DNA from: a virus
Lineage: Duplodnaviria; Caudoviricetes
Virus record (IMG/VR): IMGVR_UViG_3300035190_000328
Location: 1-53,058 of that record
DNA: 53,058 nucleotides
Strand: one strand, 5' to 3'
Position numbers and translations under genes: made by a program. The notes beneath the pieces were generated by a model. It was given only the letters and a program-made list of their open reading frames with translations. It had not been told where the DNA came from and made no database searches. This document shows, one piece after another, positions 35,801 through 46,300 of the stretch (its first letter is position 1; each line of letters starts with the position of its first letter).

Positions 35801-36649
35801 AAAATGTCCATGAATAGTATCTAAGTGAGAACTAAATTCTTTAGGCACACTATAAGCAGTTTGTATATTTTTACCACCACCTATAATCATAATAGGAATA
35901 GTCCTAGCTTGCCTGTAATTTTCAATCTTAGTTTGATTAGTTAAAGCTTGGGCATAAGAATCTATACCTAATTTAGCAGCTATTTTTCTTTTTCCAGAAA
36001 TACCATCTCTAATAGGAACTAATTGATTATTATAACCTTTAGTATTTAATTGATTCGCATTATAGGTTATAAAGTCAAATATAGCTCCTGTACCATCAGA
36101 ATATTGAGCTACAAGATTAATTGTACCTGCTATATCTGAAAGGTTATCTACAACAATCTGATCAGCTTTAATTAAAGCTTTTTTAGTACTATCTATATCA
36201 TTTTGTTGTTTAATAATAACATCTATAGTATTCTTAGATAACTCATATAATTTATCATAAATATTAGAACTAAATTTTTTAGTTATAAGCTCTTTAACAG
36301 GTTCTATATCTAAAGTATTACCTTCATAGTTTCCTATAAGTACATTGTTAATCAAACCTATAGCTCTGTTAAGCTCATAAGCAGTTTCCTTAGTTGTACT
36401 TTGTTTCTTACCAGTATAATTATTAACTATCTGGCTAACCCTTCTGGCATTTAGCTTAGTATCTGTACCTGAAAGAACATAATCCTGCCCATTGTTAACT
36501 ATGTTAGCATTAACAACTTCAAAATATTTTTCAGTAAACTCCTGATTAGCCTTAGTAGGTAATTGAAGAATAGTGTTTTTAGATGCCTTATAATTAGCAA
36601 TTACATTATAAGCTCTTTCTTTATCTTTAGGATCTATTATACAACTCAT
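32858..36649 (-). CDS. large virion cargo/ejection protein
   Basis: 1263 aa, downstream of the vRNAP; begins MSC; degenerate PD-(D/E)xK domain; FKTWMP..L..RF and C-terminal hydrophobic helix. Confidence 0.75.
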   Translation of the reverse strand: MSCIIDPKDKERAYNVIANYKASKNTILQLPTKANQEFTEKYFEVVNANIVNNGQDYVLSGTDTKLNARRVSQIVNNYTGKKQSTTKETAYELNRAIGLINNVLIGNYEGNTLDIEPVKELITKKFSSNIYDKLYELSKNTIDVIIKQQNDIDSTKKALIKADQIVVDNLSDIAGTINLVAQYSDGTGAIFDFITYNANQLNTKGYNNQLVPIRDGISGKRKIAAKLGIDSYAQALTNQTKIENYRQARTIPIMIIGGGKNIQTAYSVPKEFSSHLDTIHGHFEYSDSKARNEALRIKIQLKKDRETKLAQLKKGSKEHERMKLLVDELEKSIEDTMKDKGLKNLIDAVRLSLGGLKDINNLSKTDLQNYYTELKAFDKIIKEETKYILEKAEDSEQKEEFKKNIASLKDDIITYLEQIEAQFESINSQLMEDNHVLTPKILPSNSVLDNFVPLRNVGVPHLTALDRILNQQQQKTFDEVLIFNNKLTELYNEVKKQGLNIDLLKNDKGDFITRLSPEFYQEANKNNVDFINSYFELKPNARQKYAELKKNREVSLENYISPIREIDPSKAESLFKQYMEEWEEENNLEAAKTNELRSRYYQPNQEAYAKYTSEAYQKIDGTALLPLYNYLLDFNQKSKEYLDLDIKGNFYPWIRKTFLDKMREDPTQALKDEFTYLAAVRQGDTIFGDIDPSTKEVRHHIPKYFINPFRNKSGEINYSDRSQDLIKDYMLFANMVYNFKNMQAVEADIEILKVGLQLADNFEVTDALGRIVKSPTGEPIVDANNSSKIRAIEIFTTAVNKKVYGIQLDPSVTKKLGKGLTKFINTANNKNIQMRLGFKVIPAAVSAIAGKWASTNMAKKLGFDFYEAEKEFWSRDKKVTDFLIQVNPYTDNQNDLKAQLASQNVLNKVFSSHTFLIFFAQGEKWLSGTNAIMVAKRYGFDDKGKLRSLKNLPEGAKSAYDLITEGEFKQGSENYYNKLNQLREAIKEFVRKSYGTMSQDDVAAYQSNILLKSLMTFKTWMPGILQERFGATRYNESLDYLDIGTHRALVEEFYKDQSKTISEYITTTVLPKIGNLIGDLITFGYWNKNRVNEEIARYKYEQWANKNPEAAELTSFEDYMEIKRKQIGYALRDLRVIIGLLTAIFALGLEGDDDEPYYKQNIALRNTYRFLNKSLAEVGFVYTPSEFTRLLKNPLPLIGVLDQATNTLSNTADEIRDFSVGENNPRDKANQFHYSAQWINGYSGIDELLELTEQAKSKTYETR

Positions 36650-36651
36650 AG

Positions 36652-37314
36652 CTATTTGCAGGTAGAGTCTATAGACCCTTTATTAATAGTTTGTAATAGT
36701 GTTATTTGTTGGTCTTTATTTAACCAATCTAAATTATTGTAATCTTCTTTAAAAGAATTTAAAGCATCTTCATAAGTAGGATATATTTCTCCTGCTACTT
36801 CAAACTGATTTTCTCCTAATTGGTTAATACTATTACCTACAGTAGTTACAGGTAAATCTATTTCTACACTATAATTATTAGCAAAATCTTTAGTAACAGT
36901 AAATACTTCAGGAAATGCAGATTCTAAGTTTTTCATAGTATCTACATTAACCTGTAATTTCCTAGTATTATAAGCTTTCTTTTCTTCTTTATCAAACTCA
37001 ATACCTCTGGTTATAGTATATTTACCTGTTTTATTAAATACAGGTTCATATTTATGAATTATACCTACTAGGTTATCTAGTACTTCTTGTAAAGTAGTTC
37101 CATTATTAATAAGTTCTGCAACTTGTTTAGCTTGATTATTAGCTTTAACCTGCATATATTTAGAATACTCAGTAATAGTTGGATAAACATAGTTAATACT
37201 ATCTTTACCTGTTCTAAACTTAGTATAAGCTATAACTCCATCTTCTGCTACTTTAGTACCAGCCCATAAAGCTAAACTTCTAAACAATGGTAATCCTTTA
37301 TTTACACAACTCAT
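36652..37314 (-). CDS. small cargo-module protein
   Basis: 220 aa, MSC...TCK, coupled to both neighbours. Confidence 0.75.
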   Translation of the reverse strand: MSCVNKGLPLFRSLALWAGTKVAEDGVIAYTKFRTGKDSINYVYPTITEYSKYMQVKANNQAKQVAELINNGTTLQEVLDNLVGIIHKYEPVFNKTGKYTITRGIEFDKEEKKAYNTRKLQVNVDTMKNLESAFPEVFTVTKDFANNYSVEIDLPVTTVGNSINQLGENQFEVAGEIYPTYEDALNSFKEDYNNLDWLNKDQQITLLQTINKGSIDSTCK

Positions 37315-40300
37315 TATAAACAGTCTTTAACAAATGTAGTAAAATCTTCTGAATCTATAGTAGTATCTTGTTGAGCAGCTCTTTGTTTTAAATGATCTAT
37401 AAGAGCTTCATCATTAACATAGTTAGTAGCTATTTCAGGTTTATTAGCCTTAATCCAATCTAAAGTTTCAGTAACTTTTTGCATATCTACTTCTAAAACA
37501 GGTTTAGCTGCTACAGCAGTTATCTCAGAATCTAAAGTAGATTTATTATTAGTAGAAATCATTACTAACCTATTAGAAGGTCTTGAAACTGCTACATATA
37601 AGCTTTTGTTCTTATTAACTGTAGAACCACCATTAGTAGAACCTAGTATATTATCTTCAAAAACATATACATTATTATAAGTAGAACCTTGAGCTTTATG
37701 AGAGGTTATAGCATACCCATATTGAAGATTAGCAAAATTAGCTTTTAAAGCAAATGCTAATTGTTTATCAGTTTGGAATAAACTAGCCACATCTTTATTA
37801 AATTTCTCTTTACTACTTTCTGCAATAGCTAGTATTTTTACTCCGTAAGCTACCATTTTTAAATCTGGTAGTATTTCACCTTCTTCATTTAATAACTCTA
37901 ATTCTACTACATTATAGTTAAAATTAAAAGATCTACTGCCCATTTTAGCTGAGAATACACTAATACTTCCTGTAAAGTTATTTATGGCTTTTAAAGAATG
38001 TATTATGTAATCATCAGAATTATATATTACAGGTACAGGAACTCCTCCTAAATCTGTAGTATATGTATCATAAGCAGTTATAAATTCTCCAACATTAAAT
38101 TGGTTTTTAGCTTTTTCTCCCCAAAGTTTCTCTCTAATCTTAACATTAAGGTTTTTAACACTTAAAGGAGAACTATGGTTCTCATTATTAAATGTCACAG
38201 CTTTAACATACTCAGGGTTATTATTAGCTTCTTTAATATCTTTAACCATACTATCTAAAGCTTCATCTACATTATTAGTAAATAGTAATGTAGATTGGCT
38301 AATAGGATCTATTTTATTAAATCTAAAACCTTCAGGTATAGCTATTAATTTAGGAGTTTTACTCTCTATATTTCTAGCTACTAAAGTTCCAGCACCTATA
38401 ATAGGGCTATTAGCAGCTTGTCTCATTTTTTCAACTAAAGTATATTGATTTTTAATATCAAATACAGGACTATCTACATCCTCACCTACAGGAGGTAATT
38501 GTGCATTATCTCCCATAAATATAACTTTAGCTGAAGGTTTTTTAAGCTCCATAATTTCTTTATAAATATTTGGAGAAATCATTGAAGCCTCATCTACTAT
38601 AATTAAATCTAATTGTTTAATAGGTACTTTACCTTGCTGTCTAGCATATAAATCTGGAGTAAACTCTCCTGTAGATTCATTAAGTTTAATAGCTAGTGCT
38701 GATGCTACAGTAAAAGCATTCTTTTTACCTATAGATTTACCTAAAACTTTTTTAGCTTTATGTGCAACAGTAATACCTCCTATTCTACCAGTATAACCTT
38801 CAATAGTTTTTTTGATAATAGTAGTTTTACCTGTACCACCTCTACCTATTAGAGTAAATTCTGTAGCAGGAGATCTTAAAAACCCATCTAATAAATCAAG
38901 AGCTTGTTGTTGCCCTTCATTAGCAAAAACTCCTGGGAATAATTCATATTTATTCTTTTTAACTCCTTCCATATTTGTTGAAGGTAAAGTTACATAATTT
39001 TCACCTTCTATAATAGGAGTATAAGCATGATAGTAATATTTATCTCCAATAGCTCCTGTAGGTAAGTATTGTTTACCTTGGAATGGGAAGAATACTCCAT
39101 CTATGACAGCATGAGACCTTGTTAGTAAGTATACTTCTTTCTTACTATTACCTACTAATATTATAGGGCCTTTTTGATATATCTTATCACTATCTAAAGG
39201 TTGTCCTGCTTGATAACCATCTCTTGAAACATATTTTCTTAATCTTTTTTCTACTATACCATTTTGTTGTAGAAACTGTTCTACAAATTTATGAGGTATT
39301 ACAGGTTCCATATTCTTTAAAGCCTGTAAAGACATATCTATATATTCCTTTGGTAGTAACTTCTGATAACTAATAGGGCTATCAGAAATACCTGATTGTA
39401 ACAATTGAGCTATAATAAGTTTCTTAGCAAAAGGTTGAGTTACAGGATTATCATATAATTCCTTAAATCCTTCTGCTAATATTTCTTGTTGTACAGGGTT
39501 AACCCTTTGAGATACTAATTTAATATTATAAGTACTTCTAGGTTTAATATCCCCTTTGTCTTTACCTTCTTCTGGTAATAGAGGTATCATTTCCTGTAAG
39601 AATTTATTATCAGGAAACTTATCTTTTAAATCTAATAACTCAGTCATTAACTCACTAGTTCTTAGTATACTAGAGTATTCACTTAAAGTTTTACCTGAAT
39701 CTAAAGGAGATGTTATTAATCCAAAAGTTGCTAACTCCCTATCAGCTCTTTCTAATATAGTAGTTAAGTTATTAGCTCCTGAGAACCTATATAAATCATA
39801 GATAATATCCATAATTTCAGGCCCTCTAAGGTATTTATCAAAACTCACAAACTGCATACCTGAAGACCAAATCTTATCAGCTTCCATAGCAGTATTTTTA
39901 AGTTCTTTTAATAGGGTATCTTCAAATAGGTTAGGTAAGTTTTTAAAAGATTTATCTTCTAAAACATCATAATACATCTTTCTTTTAATCCAAGAATCTA
40001 CAAGTGTTTTACCAGCTTGTTTAGTATCTTGATTAGAAACCTGTTGTATCTTATTTAATTGAGAACCTGCTCTATTATATAACTCAAAGCTGTATAGTAC
40101 CTGAACTTGTTGTTTTAACTCATCTAAAGACATAGTATTCATATCTTTAGACATATTATCTTTAAGTTCTGCTTTAGTTATGTAGTTAACAAGAGTTTTT
40201 CCTTCTTTAAGTTCATCATAGTATTCAGCTAAATCTAATGCTTCACCATCTTCTATTTCTTGCTGAGTAAGATCTACTTCACTTCTAAGCTTAGACATCT

Positions 40301-43300
40301 TAGATATTAAACTATTTATTATTTTATAACCTTTCTCTTTACCTTTAAAGTTTAAGATTGAGTTATTTTTATCTAGTAAACTAGTATATTCTCTAATTAT
40401 AGGTTGGTTAAGAAAGTAAATAACCTCATCAAGAGGTATTCTCTGTCTTAATAATATATTAACTACACCAAAAGTATTAAAACTTACATTAGTGTAAGTA
40501 ATATAATCATTACCTATTTTAGAAACATCTACAGCAGCAGATATAAATTGTTTTAATATAGCTGAAATCTTTTGTTTATTATCTATATCATATACTGAAT
40601 CCATAGGATATTCAGATAGTTTTTGTATACTATCAAAATATAGTGTATATTCTGGACTATAGTATGATATATCTGCTTGTTGAAATAGAGCATGTGAAGT
40701 TGTAGCTAGTGCAGCAGGGCCTACTAATTGTTTAAACTTCAATAGTTTATTTCTAGTAGCTACTATCATCATAGGAGATAATATCTTAGTATACTCATAA
40801 GATTTAATGCCCCCTAAACTTTGTCCAGTAGCGGCTATTACTTCTAAAGCTACTTTCTTTAAATCATCAGTACTATCTGAAGTTAATAGGTTTTCTTTAG
40901 CTTCTTCTGAAGTAACTACTTGAGCTATAATATCTATAACCTCATTCTCAGCTATATACTGATCATAATTTCTTAAAAGATTATTTTGTTCTTTTAGCTG
41001 AAACAATAATTTCTGGATTACAGGATTATTATCCATTTCCTTAAATTTATCTTCAGCATATTTAATATTTTCTAAAGAAACTTCATCATCTTCTACTTGC
41101 TCATCTAAAAACTCTTTGTAATCTTTAAATTCTTCTTTATAAGGTTTTAATAAACTCTTAGTAACCTTAATATCAATTAATAAACTAGCTTTAGATTGTA
41201 ATACTTTAACTTGGTTTCTAACAGTATAATAATGTGGAACATAAGTTGTAAGTTTATCCACGTCAAAGTCAGAACCTGCTTTAATAGTTATACCATTAGG
41301 TACTACAATTACATTACCTAATGTAGGTGCTAGAAATTCCTTAACTAAAACAGCTTCAATAGCATTTTGACCTTGGGTAGGTATCCTATAAGGCACTAAA
41401 TTCCATTCTTCTCTAAACTTAGGTAATACCTCTTTATTAAATTTGTTTAACTTATCCTCAAAAGTATCTCCTTCTAATTCTAATACTAAAGGCATTAGTT
41501 TTTGAGGTAAAGCTATTTTAACTTCAGCATAAGAAACTCCATATCCTGATTCAGCTTTCTCATAGAATTTAAGGGAATTATCTAAATCAGGAACCTGAAT
41601 AAACATTTCCCCTGGCATATCTCTTTTAACAACTTCTCTGTTATAAAAAGACATTAGGTTATTCTCTAATTTAACCTTCTCAGCCATTGCATCAGCTCTA
41701 ATTACATCTTGTGATAGAATAGCTTGTAATTGTTCTTTAAAGGTCTCAGAAGTCTTCCTTTGAAGCATAGCTTCAGTTACTTCTTTCTTTAATTTATCTT
41801 TATCTGTAAATAAATAAACCTTGTTTTCTCCAATACCTTCTATTGTAATAGATAGATTATCTAAGAATTTACTAAACTTTTGAGCAGTAATATCATTTAA
41901 CAAATTATTATAGGTATCAATTACTTCTTTAGTAACTTTAACATCACCATTAGCATAGTGTAATTCAGGATCTTTAACAATATCAACAAAATCTAATTTA
42001 GACATCTGAGTACCTAAAGTTACTCTCTTATGTTCTTCAGGAGAAGTTTCTAAATGCTCCCCCATAAAAGAATAATTAATTCTTTGTGTTACATTGTATT
42101 CATCAGAATCAATATCTTGAGGTTCATTTATATTATTACCTTTAGAGCCTGAAGCAAATACACCTAAACCTATTTGAGCTTTCTGCATTTTAGCAGCCAT
42201 CTCAACTAACTTAGGCATACTATATTGCATACTTCTTGGAAGTACAGGCATTACTGCCATTTTATATAAATCTGTTATATAATACCCAGGAGTATAATCT
42301 TCTCCATAAGCAGGGCCAGCATAACCATATTTCTTAACTGCTAAAGCAAATGTTTCATATATACCCTTAGCAGGATATACATCTGTTAAGGTATTTTCAT
42401 AATCATATAAAGATTGAAAATCTTCATTCCATTGACCTAACCTTAACATCATACTTCTAATAAAATCTAAAGTACCTATACCAGAAGCATCTGCTAAATC
42501 TCCTTTTTCATTACTATCAATAGCTCCTTTTATAAACTCTTGATAAGTACCTGTTATATCTTTAAATACAATTGTACTTTCAAAACCATCTTCCATTTTA
42601 CCATCTGCTCTTTTATATAAAGCATTGATAGATTGATTTAAAGAAGGGCTATTAATAGCAGGTTTCTTAGATGAGGTAAACAAGGTAAACCTCTTAATAG
42701 GATCTTTAAAGTTATTTAAAGGGCCTGTAAATAAGTTAGATTGCTCATAAACACTTTGCCAATGCTTAATCATATAGGTTCTAAAGTTATCTTCAGATTC
42801 CTTATCTAAATGATTAGTATCATATTTAGCAACCTTATCTTTAAAAGCAGCTACTTCATTAGTTATAAATTCTTCTACTTTAGATTTAACTAAAGCATAA
42901 TCTTCTAGATTTTCTCTTGAGTAATCTAAAGGATTTTTCTCAAGAACCATAACTCCTTCAAAAGTTACTAAATGTCCACTAGGAGTAGCCTTATCTCTAG
43001 TACTTTGAGGTAAATTAGCTACATATTGTATTTCATTAAATACAGCTTGCACTAAAGAATCTATAGAAGGTTCTTCAGGCATTTCTAATTGCCAAGCTAA
43101 TTCTACACCCCTATCAGCAGATGGTAATACAGGATATATATTATTCATAGTAGCCCTGTAGTGAAGCATAGCCTGAGCAGCTTCATCCATATCTGCATAA
43201 TCTGTAGGTAATCCTAAAGAAGATTTAGCTTGTATCATATTAACAAGCTTTCTGTTAGATTTAATCCATAGAGAAGATTCTGTAGGGAAATTACCTAAAT

Positions 43301-46300
43301 AATCAGCATTACCTTGTTTAATAATACTATCTCCTATAGCATAAGCTGTAGGTAAACTTAAAGCATATCTTTTAGCATTCTTAGAATCTAATACATTTAA
43401 ATCTGTAAATTCATCATTATATAATGTAGCTTGTTCAGCTAAAGAATTAATTTCTTTATTTATAGATAATCCATTTTTATCAAAAAAATAATCTACAGGA
43501 GTATCTTTAGTTAATCCTCTTAAAGCAGCATCTATCTTAGATAAGTCTCCTTTTTTAGAATATTTACTATAGTTTTCACTATCAGGAAATCCTAGTAAAT
43601 CTAATAATTCTTGATTAGTAGATTTATCTAAAGCTTCTTTTAATTTATCTAATTGAATTAATAACCTACCTTCTGGAGTTAGTTTAACTAAAGGAGACCT
43701 TGATAAATTAGCTCTCCAAATATCTTTAACTTTATTAATATTTCTTTCCTTTTCAAATATAATTTTAAAAGGCTCTTCTCCAGATTTTATATCATTAAAC
43801 TGCATAACAAGAAATTCTTGTTTAGCTTTAGCAAATGATTGTACAAATTTTAATTGTAGATTTAATTCATCTTTTGTTTGAGGAATTTTATCTAATTTAA
43901 ACCATTCAATTAGTTTATTAATCTCAGGTCTTTTCTCAGCATATTTTTTAAGTTCTGTTAATTGACTTTCTAAAGTAAAGTTATTAGCTAATTTAGCATG
44001 TAAAGCATGCAGGGTTTTAACATAATCTACAGCTTGAGGTAATCCTACACTATTTAAAACTACTTTACCTTCCTGATTAATAACAGGTAAAGCTGATATA
44101 ATAAGTTTAACAAGACTATCATCTAAATCCTCAACTGACGTTTTGTCAGAATCTTTAATACCTAATCTATCTTTTACTTCAGTTTCCTCAATTTCTTCTT
44201 CAGGAAGACTGACAAATTGTCCTATAAATTCTTTATGCTTTACAAATACTTTCTGTAAATCCTCTTTACTAAAAGTATCTTTAGCTACAAATTGTAACAT
44301 TCTAGGCCCTACAAAGCTTATATAAGAATCTAAATCCTTAAATACACCTTGTCCTATTAATTTATCTAATTCAGAAGATAAGCTATTTAAACCTACGGTT
44401 TGGTTGAGTTTACTTATAATCAAAGCATGGTTAGAAGCTACTGTCATATTAATAGCATCTGGGCTTAAACTATAAGCATCATTACCTGATTGAGGTATTA
44501 TATTACTACCTTGATAATAACCTGATAATATCTTATCATAAAAATCATTTAATGTATTACCACTAAATAACTTCTTAATAAAATTCCATATTCTTTCAAA
44601 TATACTTAACTCTTCAGGACTAGTTTGTTTAGTATTAGCATAGGTTCTAAAATCTTCAGCTAATAATTCTTCTTCTAAGTATTCTGTAGATTTATCACCA
44701 TATAGATCCCTTAATTCAGCAATTCTATCTTGATAATCTTCTCTATTCCTAATCCCTTTTAATAAAGTTTCTCTTTCTTGAGGAGTAGTAAACAACCTAA
44801 ATACTCTATGAAAAGCTTCATGGTATTCAGTACCTTCAGGACTTTGAGTACTAACAAGTATTTTACCATCTTTAGTAAAGGCTCCAAAAGCTTTACTTTG
44901 AATAAGTTTATTTACTACAGATACATAGTTATTTACATAATCAGAACCAAATAAATTAGTAAGATTTTGTTGTATTTGATCTATATTTCTAAGTATAGGA
45001 GAACCTATAGTAGATAATTGAATAGAACCTGTATCTCTAGCTTCATCTACAGTAACTTCATTCCATGTATTACCATATTCATCAGTAACAACTTTAGCAT
45101 TATAACCTTGTTTCTTCAAAACATTTGCTATAGTGTTTTCATAGAAATTATAAATAGGTTTTAAAGCTGCTAATCCTTCAGGCCCATTAACTCTTTCAAG
45201 CTCTGCTTTAAGTTGAGTTATTTCTATATCAAATTCTGTTTCTTTATCTTTTTTTAATTTTTCAACAGTTTCTTTAGAACCAGATTCCATATAAGAATAC
45301 CCTGTACTTCCATTGGCTTCTTTTGTTTTAAGAATATAATCTCCATTAATAAGTTGTGAACTTTGTCTGGTTAATCCCGCCTCATTTAAACTAACTACAC
45401 TATACTGTATTTTATCTCTTTCTATTTTTTTATTTTCAAGATCTTTAATCCTATCTTCTTTTTCTTTCTTAAACTCTTCTAAAGTACCATGCCCCTCAAC
45501 TTTACTAGCTGTATTACCTGTTGGAAATAATACTTTCTCATATCCTTTTTTAGCACTATCTTGTACAATAGATTTAACAAAGAATGTTACCCAAGCATTA
45601 TCTTTATTTAGGAGTTGTAAGAATTTATTTTGAGGAGATTTAATATCTTTAATTTTATATAAAGAATCAAATGCTTTAAAACTTTCCTCACTACCTACTT
45701 CATAATTAGTTTTTTCTACCCAACTATAATAAGCATCCCATTTAGCTTCCTGTAAATCTTCTCCTAAATTACTGGTAAATCTATCTTGACCTTCTAAACT
45801 ACTTTTATTTATTAAATCAATCCTATCTCTACCTTTCTGAAATAAATCAGATTGTACTTCTAGTATTCTACGGGTTTTAGGATTTGAATATTTAGCTTTT
45901 CTATATTCTTCTTCTGATATAATCTCTCCATTTTTCTTATGTTGAAAACCTTTACCTAAAGAATATTCTTGTGTATATTTATTTCCAGCAATTTCAAAAT
46001 CTTTTTCTTTATTTTGAATAGACATAGCTTGTTTAACAAAACTAGCTTCATCACTTCTAAACCAACCTATACCTTGATCCGTGCTGAAAGCACCATGTCC
46101 TTTAATAGAAGGAGTAATATCTGGAGTTTTTATTTCATTCTCTGTATAGTTAGTACCCCCAGGTACAGTTAGATTAGAATAATGACTTGTAGGTTTTTGT
46201 AATTCAGTAATTAAATAAGTTTCAGCTTCTTTTTCAGTTTTAAAAGATTTTAAAGGCATTGTAGTATAAATATCTACAATAGACCATCTTTTTTCTCCAT

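Noticed and set aside
7146-46172. Short antisense ORFs (7146, 8246, 8594, 12267, 14458, 19186, 30399, 32031, 34161, 38812, 39556, 44143, 45969)
   Set aside because: They lie opposite well-supported genes and have the Ser/Phe/Ile-rich composition of antisense shadows.
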